DNA of 64,000 nucleotides from Zootoca vivipara (Eukaryota): NCBI RefSeq assembly GCF_963506605.1, contig NC_083283.1, forward strand, positions 36,642,001 to 36,706,000, written 5' to 3'. Made by a program: the position numbers and the translations under genes. Numbering within the stretch: the stretch's first letter is position 1; each line of letters begins with the position of its first letter. The notes under the pieces were generated by a model that saw nothing but the letters and a program-made list of their open reading frames with translations, was not told the origin of the DNA and did not search any database. Shown piece by piece: positions 24,681 to 38,025 of the stretch.

Positions 24681-25504
24681 CTCCAGAGGTACATTTCTTA
24701 CATCCAGAAACAAGTGTTGGTTTCCCTTGTGTGATAGGTAAGGGGAACTTGTGGTTCTCCATATGTTATTGGACTTCATCTCCCTCCAACCCCAACCAGC
24801 ATGGCCAATGGTCAGGGATGATTAGAGTTGCATCCACAATGTCTGGAGAACCACAGTTTCTGAACCCAGTGGTCTTGGGAGGATGCTAAGCATGTTTTCA
24901 CTTTACTATATTTATGCAATCTTTCTGCCAACAGCCATGATGACAACAAGGGTCATCTTTTAACCAACAAGCCCTCTCCACAAAACCTGGAATCTAGGTA
25001 ATAAGTAGGTGTCATAAAAGGCAATTCTTTCTCATTTGAAGTACACCAGAACACAGGCTATGTGCAAAGACTCTACATGCTGATGCCCTTTGTGAACTAG
25101 TTCTATATGTGATGATTCTATCATTTATTCTAATAGGTAAGCCGTAGCAACTGAGCCATGAGCTGGTAAGTTTTCAAGTAAGACACTGACTAATCTCTGT
25201 GCCCAACAGGCTTCTTCTTCAGCAAGTTTCTCTATTTTTCGGGACTCAATCTCCCCCTGAGTGCCAATTTATGGAATAGTAAGTAACAGTACAACAGTTC
25301 ATTATTTTGCATTGCAGAAAATCAATGCTAACACAAAAAGCTGTGGGATGTGCTTCTGATTATTTATGCTTAACCAATCCAATTAAAGTCAGTCACATTG
25401 GTATTAGTTTGGCTTTACCTAACTGCAGTTGACTAATGTGATATTCCTAGCTACTTTTAACAAAATTAATAACAAAGTCCTGAGCTTAACTGTCAGTAAT
25501 AAAG

Positions 25505-25610
25505 ACACACACACACACACTCATAGCTGCCAAGTTTTCCCTTTTCTCACGAGGAAGCCTATTCAGCATAAGGGAAAATCCCTGTAAAAAAGGGATAACT
25601 TGGCAGCTAT

Positions 25611-25649
<39 letters not shown>
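25505..25649. repeat. (CA)n microsatellite split by a mini-MITE
   Basis: CA tracts at 25505-25520 and 25612-25649. Confidence 0.95.
25522..25611. mobile_element. 90-bp MITE
   Basis: 24-bp TIR CATAGCTGCCAAGTT(T/A)TCCCTTTT with one mismatch. Confidence 0.85.
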
Positions 25650-25654
<5 letters not shown>

Positions 25655-26427
25655 CTAGAGAACAGGATTCCTTCCAGTACAACTGGCTGGTTGGTTGATT
25701 CCAGGATGACCCACCTGTTCCATTGTAAAGCCCTGCCCTGGCTGACTGGAAAAAGGCCTACATCTTATTTCCACCTGAAGGTTGGAGGGGCTGACCTTCT
25801 ACTGAAGGTCCCCTGTTGTACCAGTAGATTAATGGGAAGACTTATACTCTACAAAACTTTTGGGTAAAGATTATTGTAGTGAATCTTTGTTGGCATAGTT
25901 CATGTGGCTTATCAACTCACTAAAACTCACAGAACTCAGCCTACAGGTCGTATTACAGTATAACATTATTACTTGGAAGCCCCTTCAAAGCACAGAACGT
26001 TTGTCAGCATTGGAAGCCATGATGCTAGGACATACTTGTAGTGACTGCATTTTTGGATAAAATTGGGACACTCATTTTCCCTTCTGTGGCCTTCATTTCT
26101 GTTCTTGAGCACGTGGTCCATTCATCCATTCACTGTCCTGTGTTAATGCTTTCAAGTGCATGATGCTAATTTTAAGTGGGACAAGTAGAAGGGATATGAT
26201 TGACTTCATTTCCCCCTCCTCTTTTGGAAGACCAGTCACAGAACACACTAAATATAGCTGGGACAAAACTGGTGGTTGCAAGTGCCTGCAGCTTTTAGTG
26301 ACTTGAAAGGATTCTAAGCGATAATGCTATCATGGAACATCCTGTTTGCAGCCTGCAGAATGAGGTTGAATTCATTATTAGTGACAGGGGATAAGGAGTA
26401 AAGAAATGGTAGCAACAAAAACACATA

Positions 26428-26686
26428 CAGTCATACTTCGGTTTAAGTACGCTTTGGTTTGAGTACTTTCAGTTTAAGTACTCCACAGACCCGTCTGGAA
26501 CGGATTAATCCACTTTCCATTACTTTCAATAGGAAAGTTCGCTTCAGGTTAAGTACTCCGTGGACCGTCTGGAATGGATTAATCTTTCCATTACTTTCAA
26601 TGGGAAAGTTCGCTTCAGGTTAAGTACGCTTCAGGTTAAGTACAGACTTCCGGAACCAATTGTGTACTTAAACCGAGGTACCACTG
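26428..26686. mobile_element. Tc1/mariner (Tigger/pogo-like) MITE
   Basis: TA TSD (26426-27, 26687-88); TIRs CAGTCATACTTCGGTTTAAGTAC versus CAGTGGTACCTCGGTTTAAGTAC; internal tandem duplication of roughly 75 bp. Confidence 0.9.
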
Positions 26687-27219
26687 TATGAGATTAAATG
26701 ATAATTAATTTGTCTGGTTCAAGAGTAAAGGAATGGATGGAGGGTTGCTCTTGTGGTTCCAAAGCTGTTGCTACACCAGGAGTGAGTTCAGCTCTTTATG
26801 TTACTGATTTACTCTAGATGCTGCTTCTATTTTGCACCTGAGTGTTGCTTGTTTGTTCTGATTGTTTCTCCCTATGTTTCCCATTAGAGTAGTTCACCAT
26901 GTCGCCTCTCTTCATTTAGTCAGTCTCAAGTGATTTATCAGCCATACTCTGTCTTATAAAGTTGTTGAATTCTTAGTCCCTTGCTGTGGCTGTGTTACAT
27001 ACACACAGAGAGTCTGTTTCTGTACTTTAGTGCTGTTGTGTGCACAAAAGCATTCAGTGTAAACAGCAAAGCATCACATAATGCACACTTCCCATCATCA
27101 TTCCACAGTTGCAGCCCTGTTGACAATCCATTATTGTGTCGGATATCATGAGTCACTTACATGATGCAGAGATGAATTGTTCGCAGTTGTTACAGGATTG
27201 TTCAAGGTCATTAAAAAAG

Positions 27220-28035
27220 AAAGAGATTGCGAAGAGCTCCAAAAAGAACTCCCCAAACTGAATGAATATGTGGTTAAAAGGCAATTGCAGTTCAGTGTAA
27301 CCAAATGTTAAGTGATGTGAAATGTTAATTTCACATATACACTCATGGGGTCTAAGCTGGTGGTGACCAATCAGAAAAGAGACCAGGGAGTCATAGCAGA
27401 TATCTGGGTGGAGCTATTGACTCAGTTCCATGCCAGTGATCACTGGGAAAGCAGGTCAAAATAAAGCTTCCAATATCATAATGCTATCATACAAATCTAT
27501 GGGGAGCAGCATTTGGACTATTGTGTACAGTTATGATAATCTCGCCTCAAAAGGATATTGTAGAGTTGGAGAAGGTTCAGAAAAGGGCAGGCAGAATTAT
27601 TATGGGGGTGGAATGACACTCCTTTGAGGGAAGGTTGCTGTGTTTGTGACTTTTTTTCATTTAAAAGGTGATTAAGAGGTTAGGTAATAGAAGTTTATCA
27701 TTATGCAGAGCATGGAGGAAGTAGATAGAAAATATAGACAGAAAAAAGCTGTTCTCCCTCTCTCATAGCACTAGAACTTGTGGACCTCCAATGAAGCTGA
27801 ACGTTGGAAGATTTGGGACAGATACTTGTTCACTCAGCACTTAGATAAATGATGGAACTTGCTTCCACAGGAGGCAGTGATGGCCACCAACTAAGATGGC
27901 TTTAAATTCACAGAGAATAAGATTATCTAGGGCTAGAGGCAGGATACCGGTACTTCTGAATACCTGAATACCTTTATGTGGATCACAGGAGAGGATAGTG
28001 CTTTTCTGATTGGGTGCTGGCTTGTGGGTTTCTGC
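27220..28035 (+). mobile_element. Degenerate CR1 LINE (RT C-terminal region + 3' UTR)
   Basis: DCEELQKELPKLNE...QFSVTKC, LEKVQKRA and WNLLPQEAVMATN motifs broken by frameshifts. Confidence 0.85.
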
Positions 28036-28036
28036 G

Positions 28037-28660
28037 GGTGCAGAATGCCGTGACGAGGCTCCTTACGGGGTCCCTGCCGCAGGACCACATTCATCCAGTG
28101 CTCTACCAGCTTCACTGGCTCCTGGTGGAGTACAGGATCAGATTTAAGGTGCTGGTTTTGACCTTTAAAGCCCTATGCGGCTAAGGACCCTCGTACCTAC
28201 GGGATTGCCTCTCCTGGTATGCCCCGCGGAGGACCTTAAGGTCCACAAATAACAACATTTTGCAGATCCTGAGCCATAAGGTGGTTAGATTGGACTCCTA
28301 GGGCCAGGGCCTTTTCAGTACTGGCCCCGACTTGGTGGAATGCTCTCTCACAGGAGACCAGGGCCCTGCGGGATTTGACATCTTTCCGCAGGGCCTGCAA
28401 GATGGAGTTGTTCCGCCTGGTCTTTGGGCTGGACTCAGTCTGACCCCTATGTTTTCCTCTCTTATGGTTTTGATTTGGGCTAATTTTAAATGAGGCTGCA
28501 TTTTAAAAATGTAAATTAAAACTGTATTTTAACCCATATTTTAATTAATTGTTTTTCTTTCATTGCGTCTTATTGTAATTTTGCTGGTGTCAGACGCCCT
28601 GAGCCTGGTTTTGACTGGGGAGGACAGGGTATAAATAAATTATTATTATTATTATTATTA
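28037..28660 (+). mobile_element. L2 LINE 3' portion
   Basis: VQNAVTRLLTG...DHIHPVLYQLHWLLVEYRIRFKVLVLTFKAL...RAFSVLAPTWWNALSQE; ends GGGTATAAATAAAT(TAT)n. Confidence 0.92.
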
Positions 28661-29058
28661 ATTATCTGTGTTGTCACTGTTGGGCCAGCAGAAGTCTGCT
28701 CATGTGACATTGGACATTTCTCAATATACAGACAGAGTAGGATCACAATTACCACCCAGGTTTCATTCAGTATTGGTTTCATTCAGTGATTTAACATGAT
28801 TCCTTGCTATCATAGAACCAGTGAATGTTCACCTGGATGTCAAGTATTTTGTGTGTATTTTGTGATTGCAGCTAGTAGTCCAAGCAAAGGTTTATTGGTT
28901 CTGATTTATTACATGATGAATAGGGCAACACCATATTATGGATTGGGGGAAATAAACAGGACTCCAGCCCATGGGTTAGGAGAAGCAGATGTACTTGCCA
29001 AAGAACATTAGGGACCCCTGATGTAGCTGGAGCCCTAAGCATAATGTTCAGTCTAAGC

Positions 29059-29193
29059 CAGGCCTCCCCAAACTTCGGCCCTCCAGATGTTTTGGACTAC
29101 AATTCCCATCTTCCCTGACCATTGGTCCTGCTACCTAGGGATCATGGGAGTTGTAGGCCAAAAATCTGGAGGGCTGCAGTTTGGGGATGCCTG
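29059..29193. mobile_element. 136-bp family hAT MITE
   Basis: Perfect TSD GTCTAAGC (29051-29058, 29194-29201). Confidence 0.95.
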
Positions 29194-31205
29194 GTCTAAG
29201 CCTTTCACTGAAGTCTTTCCTTGGAGGAAGGGAATTAAATATGGTCCTTTAACAGACATTGCAGATGGGGAAGTAATTATAAAGGCTATGCAGCATCTGT
29301 GCTTTACCCTTTTGAGCTTTAGCAGTTAAAGTGAGCAGCTTCCCTTCAGAGACTGACAACAGCATATAATGTTGTAGTGCCAGTTGTAATTTGCAGATGT
29401 ATTGCCAAGAATGAAAAATGAGTGAACCTGGGAAGCCTCGGGAATGGTGATGTAGGCTGATAATACCTATTGTACTGAGAATTAATAGTGGAGTAGCAAT
29501 TTATTAGCAAACTCCCCAATTCACTGCTCAGTAATAGCATGTAAAGGCGTAAAAGTGAAATTCAGTCATGTTCTGTTATAGCTCACAGCAGGCAACCTGC
29601 ATCTTCATTACAGGGCTTCACAGTCTTTGAAATCATAAAGCCAATGCAGATGTCAGAGTGTGGTAAAGAAGTTTTTAACAGCTTGTTGCTTCTGCAGAAC
29701 CACACTCTTGTTCCCACGCTGCTGGATAGCCTGTTTGCCAATGAGCACCACTATGTCTGATATGTATGCACAGTTGTGTTCTAATTTGGTGGCCAATATT
29801 CAAGGTACAAAGTAGAGGTCCTGGTACACAAGAAATCATGGAAATCAGAGAACAAACTCACATTGAGCAAACTTGACTTGGAAACATGATGAAAGAGATA
29901 CCCAGGTGCTAACAGGCAGTCAAAATATGTCAGGAGTGAGGAACCTGTGGCTTTTTAACTCCCATCAGCCCCAGTCAGCAGAGGCAATGGTCAGTGATGA
30001 TCGGAGGACCACAGATCCCCTCTACCTGGTCATAATGTAGGAGGTTGCACCTGCAAATAGGTACATTATGAAGCTGTAAAATACAAATAAATGTTGACAC
30101 ACTACAGTAAGAAAACATATTGTGATGAGGTTGGAGACTGAGACTGCTCACCTGTGCCAGTTGCATGGAATCACACCCAGGTGTACCTTGGGAGGGTGCA
30201 GGAGAGAAATTGTTTCTTCTCTATAAGCCACAGAGAAAGATGGAGAATGGGAGGGGGGGCAGAGTGAAGCAGAAAAAAATGTCTAGGGAAGATTTTGAGC
30301 ATGGTTAATGGCTTGTTGCAGGGAGAAGTGGTCCTCCATTCTACCCTATGTTGACCTGGGATGCCTAGGTCAAAGACCAGGGACCAAGAGTGGTTCTAAG
30401 CCATGTAAGCAGGGGCTCCAAATACTCTGAAGCTTGGGGGTTTGGGGAACGTACCACAGCAAAATCGAAATGGCTGACTATTACAGAATGAACTTAGCTG
30501 TTGTAGTTGCAGCAAGCATGTTTAGACTCTAAGAAACAATTATAAGCATATGATTGTGCTGTACGACATTGTACCTCAGAGCCATTTCTAACATGCCTGT
30601 TCAATATTCACATTCTGAAAAAAGTGGATAAGGAGAAGTTGTCAAAAAATGTTCTCAGAAGAGCATCATTGCCATCTGGAGACGATAATGCCCCAGGCGC
30701 ACATTTGGCAAAGTTCCTAGACCTCGCACCACCATTCATGCATCTCAGGCTCATGTTGAGGAATTCCCATATTGCACAGAAAATTCTGATAATACCATAG
30801 TACAAAAACAGCAGATGGAACTTCAGCACAGCCCTGCAGCATGCAATGCTTTCAGATACATGCCCCACATTACCTGAATTGGAAGGTTCAGAAAAGAGAG
30901 ACGGTCAAAAAACACTTTCGTTCATAAGATATGGGGCCTATCCAGCAGTTGCACAAATTTGGGCTTGATGTCTGTGTTCATACCAGCTTTCATAGCATTT
31001 GTTGTGTGTCTCTGTATAGGCTTCTTGCTTACAAGCTTTTGGAAATATTTCCTCTTCTCTGATTAAAGGTCTGTAGCCTCTTACATTTGAATAGTTTGAA
31101 GGGCTCCTTGGTTTACATCTAGCCAAAGTTGTCCATATTTTATTTATACCTCATAATACCCTGATTGATACTAAACTGTAGGGAATATGAACTGAAAGCA
31201 TAGAG

Positions 31206-31819
31206 CAGTGATGGCGAACCTATGACACGCGTGTCAGACGTGACACGCAGAGCCCTCACTGCTGGCACACGCCCCATTGGCCCATTTGCGCCACGCTACA
31301 GCTTGCCTCCGCTGTTAAAACCCGGATCCTTTTTTGTTGTTGTTGTTGCTGGTAGCCAGAGATTGGTTTTTTTAACCCTTTCTGTGCTGTTTTTTTTCTG
31401 GCATTTTGGCAGACTATGTCGCTGCTGCGTGTTAGTTTCAGCGAAGGTATTATTTGTCATTTATTTCTGTTCTCTTTCCCCCCAAAAAGCACAGCAGCTT
31501 TGGGGCATCCCCCCAAAAAGCAAAGCAACTTTTGCACCCCCCAAAAAAACCTCCAAAACTTTGGTCAGCAGCTCCCCCCAAAAAGCTCAACAACTCTGGG
31601 CACTTTGTGATAAATAAGGAGTTTTTGGTTTGGTTTAGTTAAATAATTAGTTTTTGGTTTATTAAATACAGTTATATATTACATTTATACATTTTTGTTA
31701 TTTAAACTATAAATATCGCGAAATTATGGTGTTTTTCTTGAAGTGACACACTACCCAAGTTATGCTCGTTTTTTTGGTGAATTTTTGACACACCCAGCTC
31801 AAAAGGTTGCCCATCACTG
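31206..31819. mobile_element. Non-autonomous hAT transposon (hAT1-like ends), 614 bp
   Basis: TIRs CAGTGATGGCGAACCT / AGGTTGCCCATCACTG; perfect TSD GCATAGAG (31198-31205, 31820-31827); subterminal GACAC repeats. Confidence 0.93.
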
Positions 31820-34511
31820 GCATAGAGTATAGATTGTTTCTGAGTGATAAACAGCTCATAGTGTGTATGGGGACGACGACGACACATGGGTATGCTTACC
31901 CCTAGACATTTTGTGAATCTTTGTACTTTTGTCCATTTACTGTATTTATTTTTCCTGACTTGAACTATAAAATTGTGATTTTCCTGAGTCAAAATGAGAG
32001 TACCCCTAAAGATTGTTTTAAGAAAAAAAGCACTGCATACAACAATGCATAGAATTGGATAAAAAATACTCAAGATGTAAGGTAAGGACAGCAAAAGGCT
32101 GCACCTGGCCCATTAAACTGACACTTTCTCTCCCCATTCACTGACATTTTCTCTCCCCATTGATGATTTATTTTCTCTTTACCTGATGGATAGGGGGGAT
32201 GCAGGGGAAGCACAGGATAAAATTTCAGAACAGCACTAGCTCTAGACCACTATCTGAGAGCAGCACTGTGGCTCTACTACAACTGTATAAAAGAACATCC
32301 AGTGTGATAAGCAGTCTTGTACTGTCTGTAACCTTGATGCTACCAAAAAAAAGACTTTTAACAGAACTGAAAACTTCAATGTGGCACTAAATTTTGAAGC
32401 TAGACAACATAAAACTCTGCAATACGGGACTCTCTTGTTTTTCCCGAGCAGCTCAATAGGACTGTAAATTGTGGCAGTTTCTCAATGTGCAACACACATT
32501 TCAATTTCCCTGAGATTTTCAATAGCAGAAAATAGATTGCCTTTTACCTTCTGGAGAGCATGGTGTAACTGTAGCTCATACTAAGAGAACTCCTTGGCTT
32601 CTGGTAAGAGAGCTCTCTCCCTTGAGAGTTGTTTTACAGACAGCAAAGGAGGCCGTCACCATTCACCTTACCCTAACCTTTTCATGTAATTCTATTACAC
32701 TGAAAATGGTTTCATTGCTTTTGCTTCTAGCGTGTACAGACAAGCAGTTGGTGGGTGTAAAGGGCAGTGGAGGTCATACAGTGCTGTGATTCCGAAGAGA
32801 AGAAAAAGAGATGAGCATAAAGCAATCCTAACCCCAGCCAGGGAGCATTTTTTCCCTGCTGCAATAGCTGAGTGGTCTGAGGATCAAGTCTCTTTGGGGA
32901 GCCACAGGGCTTTGGGATCCAGTTTGAGATTGAGATGGACCTCTGCCAAGGCCCAGCCCACCTATCCCAATCAGTGGCATGTCTCTCCAGCAAGGATGTT
33001 CCATGCTACTCCCTCTTTCAGTCATCAACATGGGGAGATAGGGGCTAAACTGTGATTTGGGTATATATTTATATCACACATACACATACTAGGGGCTGTG
33101 CCCCTGCTCATTCTGCTCGCCAGCCCCCCACCCTTCCCTCTCACATTAACCCCCCCTGAGTTTTCCCTTCCCACCCTATACAATTACTAAGCTTGCTTTT
33201 CGTTAAAGTTATAAATTTTAATGAATATAAAATGCTGTGTTTGAATACAGTATATTTTAAATGTTGTATTGGGAAGTTTACCTTAGGCAAAAAGGTTACA
33301 CTCTGGCAAAAGCGTCAGAGAAGGTTGGTATTTTTCCATTAAAGTCTGATAAGCTACTTGATGACTCATCTCCAGAAACATGAGCTGCAGAGCTCGCACA
33401 GCAGGAAGCTGAAATGTAAGAAGCCTGTGTGTGCTTGTTTAGAGATTGCTAGTAGCATCTGCGGCAGTGGTTGCAGCAGAGAAGTTATCCAGTGATATGA
33501 AAAAGCTTAGGATCTCTCTCTAGGACCAGAGGGAGGAATGTTTACTGACCTGCATGCAGGACTGAACTTCATTGCTCTGTTCTACATTGTTATTTTGTGA
33601 CATTTATCTTATTATATCAACTTTTCAAAGACTGTTCTGCAGTAAAGCTTTGAAGCACATTCTTGTGGGGGAGAGAATTCTTTTCTACACAAGGTCCAGA
33701 TCAGGGATTCCATGGAACAACTCTAGCACTTTTCACCTTCCCAACCCTATTTATGAAATCACTTTTCTCTTTTATTCTGCAGCCTTGTGCTTGGCACTCA
33801 TTTTCACATTCAAAATGAGTTCAATGGACCTTTCTTTCAAGTACACGTGTCAAATGTTCTATTTTGGCTGGCTTTTGCTTTGAAATCTTACCTATTCTAT
33901 ACTGGCCCCCCATAGCCCTGTGTTGCCCTGCTTGGCACTTTCTCCTCTATCCTGGATATCCTTTGCATTCCTCTCACCATAGATTCCCTTCTCTGGCTGT
34001 CTGTCCCACAAATGACTATAAATGGCTGTCCCACAAATGGCTTAAATCTTGTGAGTATAGTTTTATAACAGCAAATGATGAATTAAAATGTAATTGAGAT
34101 ATGCAAATATAATTAGATGGGAAATATTTTTAATAGGCCTGCTTCCACACATCCATAGTCTTCTTGGATATATTTCCAATTCCCATCATTCTAACAAGAT
34201 GCAAATTAAAATTACTCTAATAATGTCCTTCCAAGTGAGATACGTATATAAATCCCAAAATGAATTTGCTGCTACTTCTACTAGTGATTGTAGAGGCATA
34301 TGGGAGCAGCACTTACTGTCAAACTTTGAAAAGAATGTCTCAAAAGATTCTAGAAACTGACAAAACAACAAAGACTTTAGATGCAATTGAAAATGTCAAA
34401 AGGAAATATTTTGACCATTTCATTCCAAACTGAAACATACAGAATAACTATATAGAAGCATGCTGAATCCCTTTTCTAATGTCAGAATATGAGAGAATCC
34501 ATTCTCAAAAC

Positions 34512-35155
34512 TGTTAGCAGGTGGTATATTAAGCCAGCAAAACCCAAGATAAAGTAGGGGAAACGGTCGTTGTGGCTACTCTAGAGTAACTCCGCTTGAG
34601 TCCAGTTTGTCTTTAAAGACTTCTATTGTGCAAAGTATTTACAGTGCAGAGATAGTGTAAAACATGACCTCTCAGTCCGAATCAGAATCCGGTAATGGCA
34701 TACGTCTGTTTCCATACCAGCAAAGTAGTCAGGGAACCCCAAAACGCCTCCCCCTTGACCTGCGTTGCAGTGCTCTCCTTAACTCTTGCGCTGGAAGGAG
34801 CCATGCCCTCTCAGCCTCCTCCTGCTCCTTGAGCCCTTGACTACATTTCTCCTACCCTGAGCTTTCCCATCATTCCGCACGCTGCTGCTCCCTGTGCTTG
34901 GCGAGGTGGACGTTAGGATGATGGGGGCTGGCTCACTATAGGGAGTCACACTTACATCCACCCCCCCGACTCCCCTCCCCTCCTGAGACGTGTTGAACTC
35001 GGGCGAGGACTGGAATCCCAGAAAGTCCATTTCATCCGTTCCTGTGGGAGTGAAAACATGTTCCCAGTCCGTGCTTTCAGGCTGCGCTTGGGGAGATGAC
35101 TGGAAGCCCAGGAAGTCCGACTGGTTTGAGCCTGTGGGAGTGAAGACCTGTTCCC
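34512..35155 (-). mobile_element. LTR-like element (probable Gypsy-type LTR), truncated
   Basis: Starts TGTTAG; shares CATGACC...TCCGAATCAGAATCCGG..TGGC with the LTR at 41992; pyrimidine-rich body; 90-bp-period internal duplication. Confidence 0.6.
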
Positions 35156-37988
35156 TGGCGCCCCGCGCCACCCAGCCTACCCCTAGAGCCGGCCCTGCCC
35201 ATCTGGCTCCTAGACCTCTCATGAGAGAGTTGCTAAGAATTCAGGTTGCTCCCTGCCTCCCTTAGTACAGAGAAACTATTTTCCATGCTATCTTCCTTAT
35301 TGCATTTGCATATGCATAAACACATTTTTCATCTTTACTACAAAGAACACCATGCAGCTGTCAGAATCAAACTGTTTACCACATAAAGAGGCTATAAATA
35401 TAGCAAAATTGTCATGGGCATTCGAAGAGTGGCAGCTAAATGCAATCTCTCTGGGAAGTAGCTGCTGACACTGGTCCTCATTCTATCAGTTTTCGTCAGA
35501 CATTTGTTGAGCCCTAAATTTCTTTCCAAATAAGACACTGAAGCTCATGGCCAGATTTCAATTGAACTCCTTTCATGCAAATAGGCTAACAGTGCAAAGA
35601 CATTTTGCCACTGCCGTTTTGTGCAAGAAGTGATTTTTAGGCTGGCTCTGAAACAGGATGTATTAAATCACAGTGCACTACAGATTTATGAGCAAACAGC
35701 TATATAATATGGATGGATGAATCGTGGAAGGAGACACATTCTATAGGAAATACAAACAATGGGAATGGATAAAAATGTGTGCCCCCAGACGATTTATGAA
35801 GATTCCTTTAATAAATTAATATACAGTTAGTTTTCTTGTTGATCAATGCTCCGGCATTTATCAGTGAAATTTAAACGCAACATTTAAAATAGAAGCATAA
35901 GTTTTATCTGCTAAGGAGCACTTTAGTGACACTGTTTTGTGAAGAAACAGCCATGCATGTTATGAAAATGTTGTTTGGGCTGCTGTATTTCACTTCCCTA
36001 AATCGGGATAGCCTAATTTGCATATTATATTAATAGTTTGGTAATTAAGCACATTTTACTCATTTGACATAAAATGCTTTTTTCAATTTAGGTTTTAAAC
36101 ATCTAAATGTACAATGTCTCTAAACTATGGAGCACAAGGTTTTTACATACAATTACCTGGATTCAAGCTAGAAGAGGGTTGAAGGAGACAACTGAGCTGG
36201 TCTGATCTTTGCTGCAGACTGAGTGGTGGGCTTTGTAGGGCACTGGTCTACATTGCCATTGACACTGCCAGGGAAATTTTAAAGCATTTAAAGAGAGACG
36301 GGGAAATCATATAAAATAATACCTGAGTAAAAGAGGATTAGCTCCTGTCTTTGCTGCATGGGTGAAGGTATTAGGGGGCAGAGGGGGCAAGCACCCCCAA
36401 ACAAAGAGTTTGACCCCCCAGTTGCCCCACACCAATCCTAGACTCTTGTGATCAACATATACTGTTATTTTTCTTTTGGTAATTTTAATGTGTGCACCCT
36501 CTTGGAAATATACTTTGACCCTTCTGTGTAAACCCATCTTTTTTTCCTGGTGCCACTACTGCTTTGCTGTGATCCTTCATTTGCGGATGGGGGGCACACC
36601 GTTGCCCTATCAAAGGGTGGCTACCCCACCTGACTTTCTCTATTATTTTATAGGGACAGCTCTCGCTTTCATCTCAGAGAAGGGGGGTATCAAAGCCAAC
36701 TTCTGTGTCTAGATCATTCTGTTCCTATCACTGTGGCTATTTTCCCTTCCCTTCAATGTCAATCTTAACTGCAACTTCCCACATTTGCTACATGTGAAAA
36801 GGGTTCATTTCTTACCAAACTGGAATACTGCCTGCAACTTCTGTTGTTTATACTGATGAAGAGGCTAGAGAGTGCACAGGCATCTCATTCACTGCTATTC
36901 TTATTATAGGCTCCTATCCTGGTCCCAGTGAGTTTGTAAGTGCAATGTTCAGAATGATATAGCTAGCGACAAATGCCTGGTCTATAACCTATATCGTGGA
37001 GAAATCACCACTGAACAAACTTGAGTCTGGTTCTGGTGAATTTCTCTTATAGAGATTTTTTTAAAAAACACAACCCAACAATAACTCATGTATACTAAGT
37101 CTCTGGTTGTGAATTCCAAAATGCTGACACACACACACACACAGGAACAACCAGGGAACTTGAGGGAATACTGAGGTTTGCAAAAGTACAAAATAACTTT
37201 GAGGGATGGGAGCGGGGGACACAGCAGTCCAATGAGTACTCAGTAGCCACAGAATGCCGAATGTTCAGGACTGGAGGCTGGTGGTGTGTGGAACAGAAAC
37301 AAGGGAAGGTGGAATGGAATGGAGTATCATGGGAAAGGGCAGGGCTGGCTGGAACCATGAACATGAATGTTTCACACAGCAACACTTGGTTGCAAGTCCT
37401 TCGTTTTTCCTCCTTCAGGAGGAAGAGTGGGATAGAAGTTTAATGAGTAAGAACAGCAGAACAACACACCCCTGGCCTCCATTTATGACTAAGATTTTAT
37501 TCAGATGATATGAATTCCACTCTTAGTAAACAGCTTATTTTCAGAGGAAAACTAAATTAGATCCCCCCCACCTCCTTTAATTAAAAATGAAGTATGGCCC
37601 TTAGCACCAGCAAGAATACAATGCTATGCTGATCCATACCCTACTTGGTCTTTGAATAGGTCCTTAATAAGCTGTGAAAGGATGGCTGTGAAAGACAGGC
37701 AATTTCAAATGCAGTAACTACCCAGCTGTATTGTGCTATGTGATGTTATGCAATGATGCCCAGCATATTAAGGGTCTTTATTACAGAGGATTTAATACCA
37801 CATTCAAAGCTGCTTTTAAAGCTGCTTTTATGTACCATGTTAGAGTCCTGTAAAACAGGAGAGCTGGCAAAATGATTTTTTAAAAAATATATATACAAAA
37901 AGCTCAATGAATTACAAGCAGTATTCAAACACTAAAAATATGAAAATTCCTTCAGTAGCACCTTAAAGACCAACTAAGTTTATATTTT

Positions 37989-38025
37989 GGTATGAGCTTT
38001 CGTGTGCATGCAAACTTCTTCAGAT
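37989..38025 (-). ncRNA. Minimal type-I hammerhead ribozyme motif, second copy
   Basis: Minus strand AT-CTGAAGA-A-GTTTGCATGCACAC-GAAA-GC-TC-ATACC; one stem II mismatch and a shortened stem I. Confidence 0.65.

Noticed and set aside
29613-29759. KPMQMSECGKEVFNSLLLLQNH, zinc-finger-like peptide
   Set aside because: Lacks the first Cys and correct His spacing; single occurrence.
30610-30930. Coding-looking stretch open in two partial frames
   Set aside because: No recognisable domain, and stops in each frame; cannot support a pseudogene call.
34779-35222. 147-aa ORF with repeated VFTPTG..DFLGFQSSP
   Set aside because: Reflects a 90-bp duplication inside an LTR-like repeat and starts outside it, across a transposon junction.
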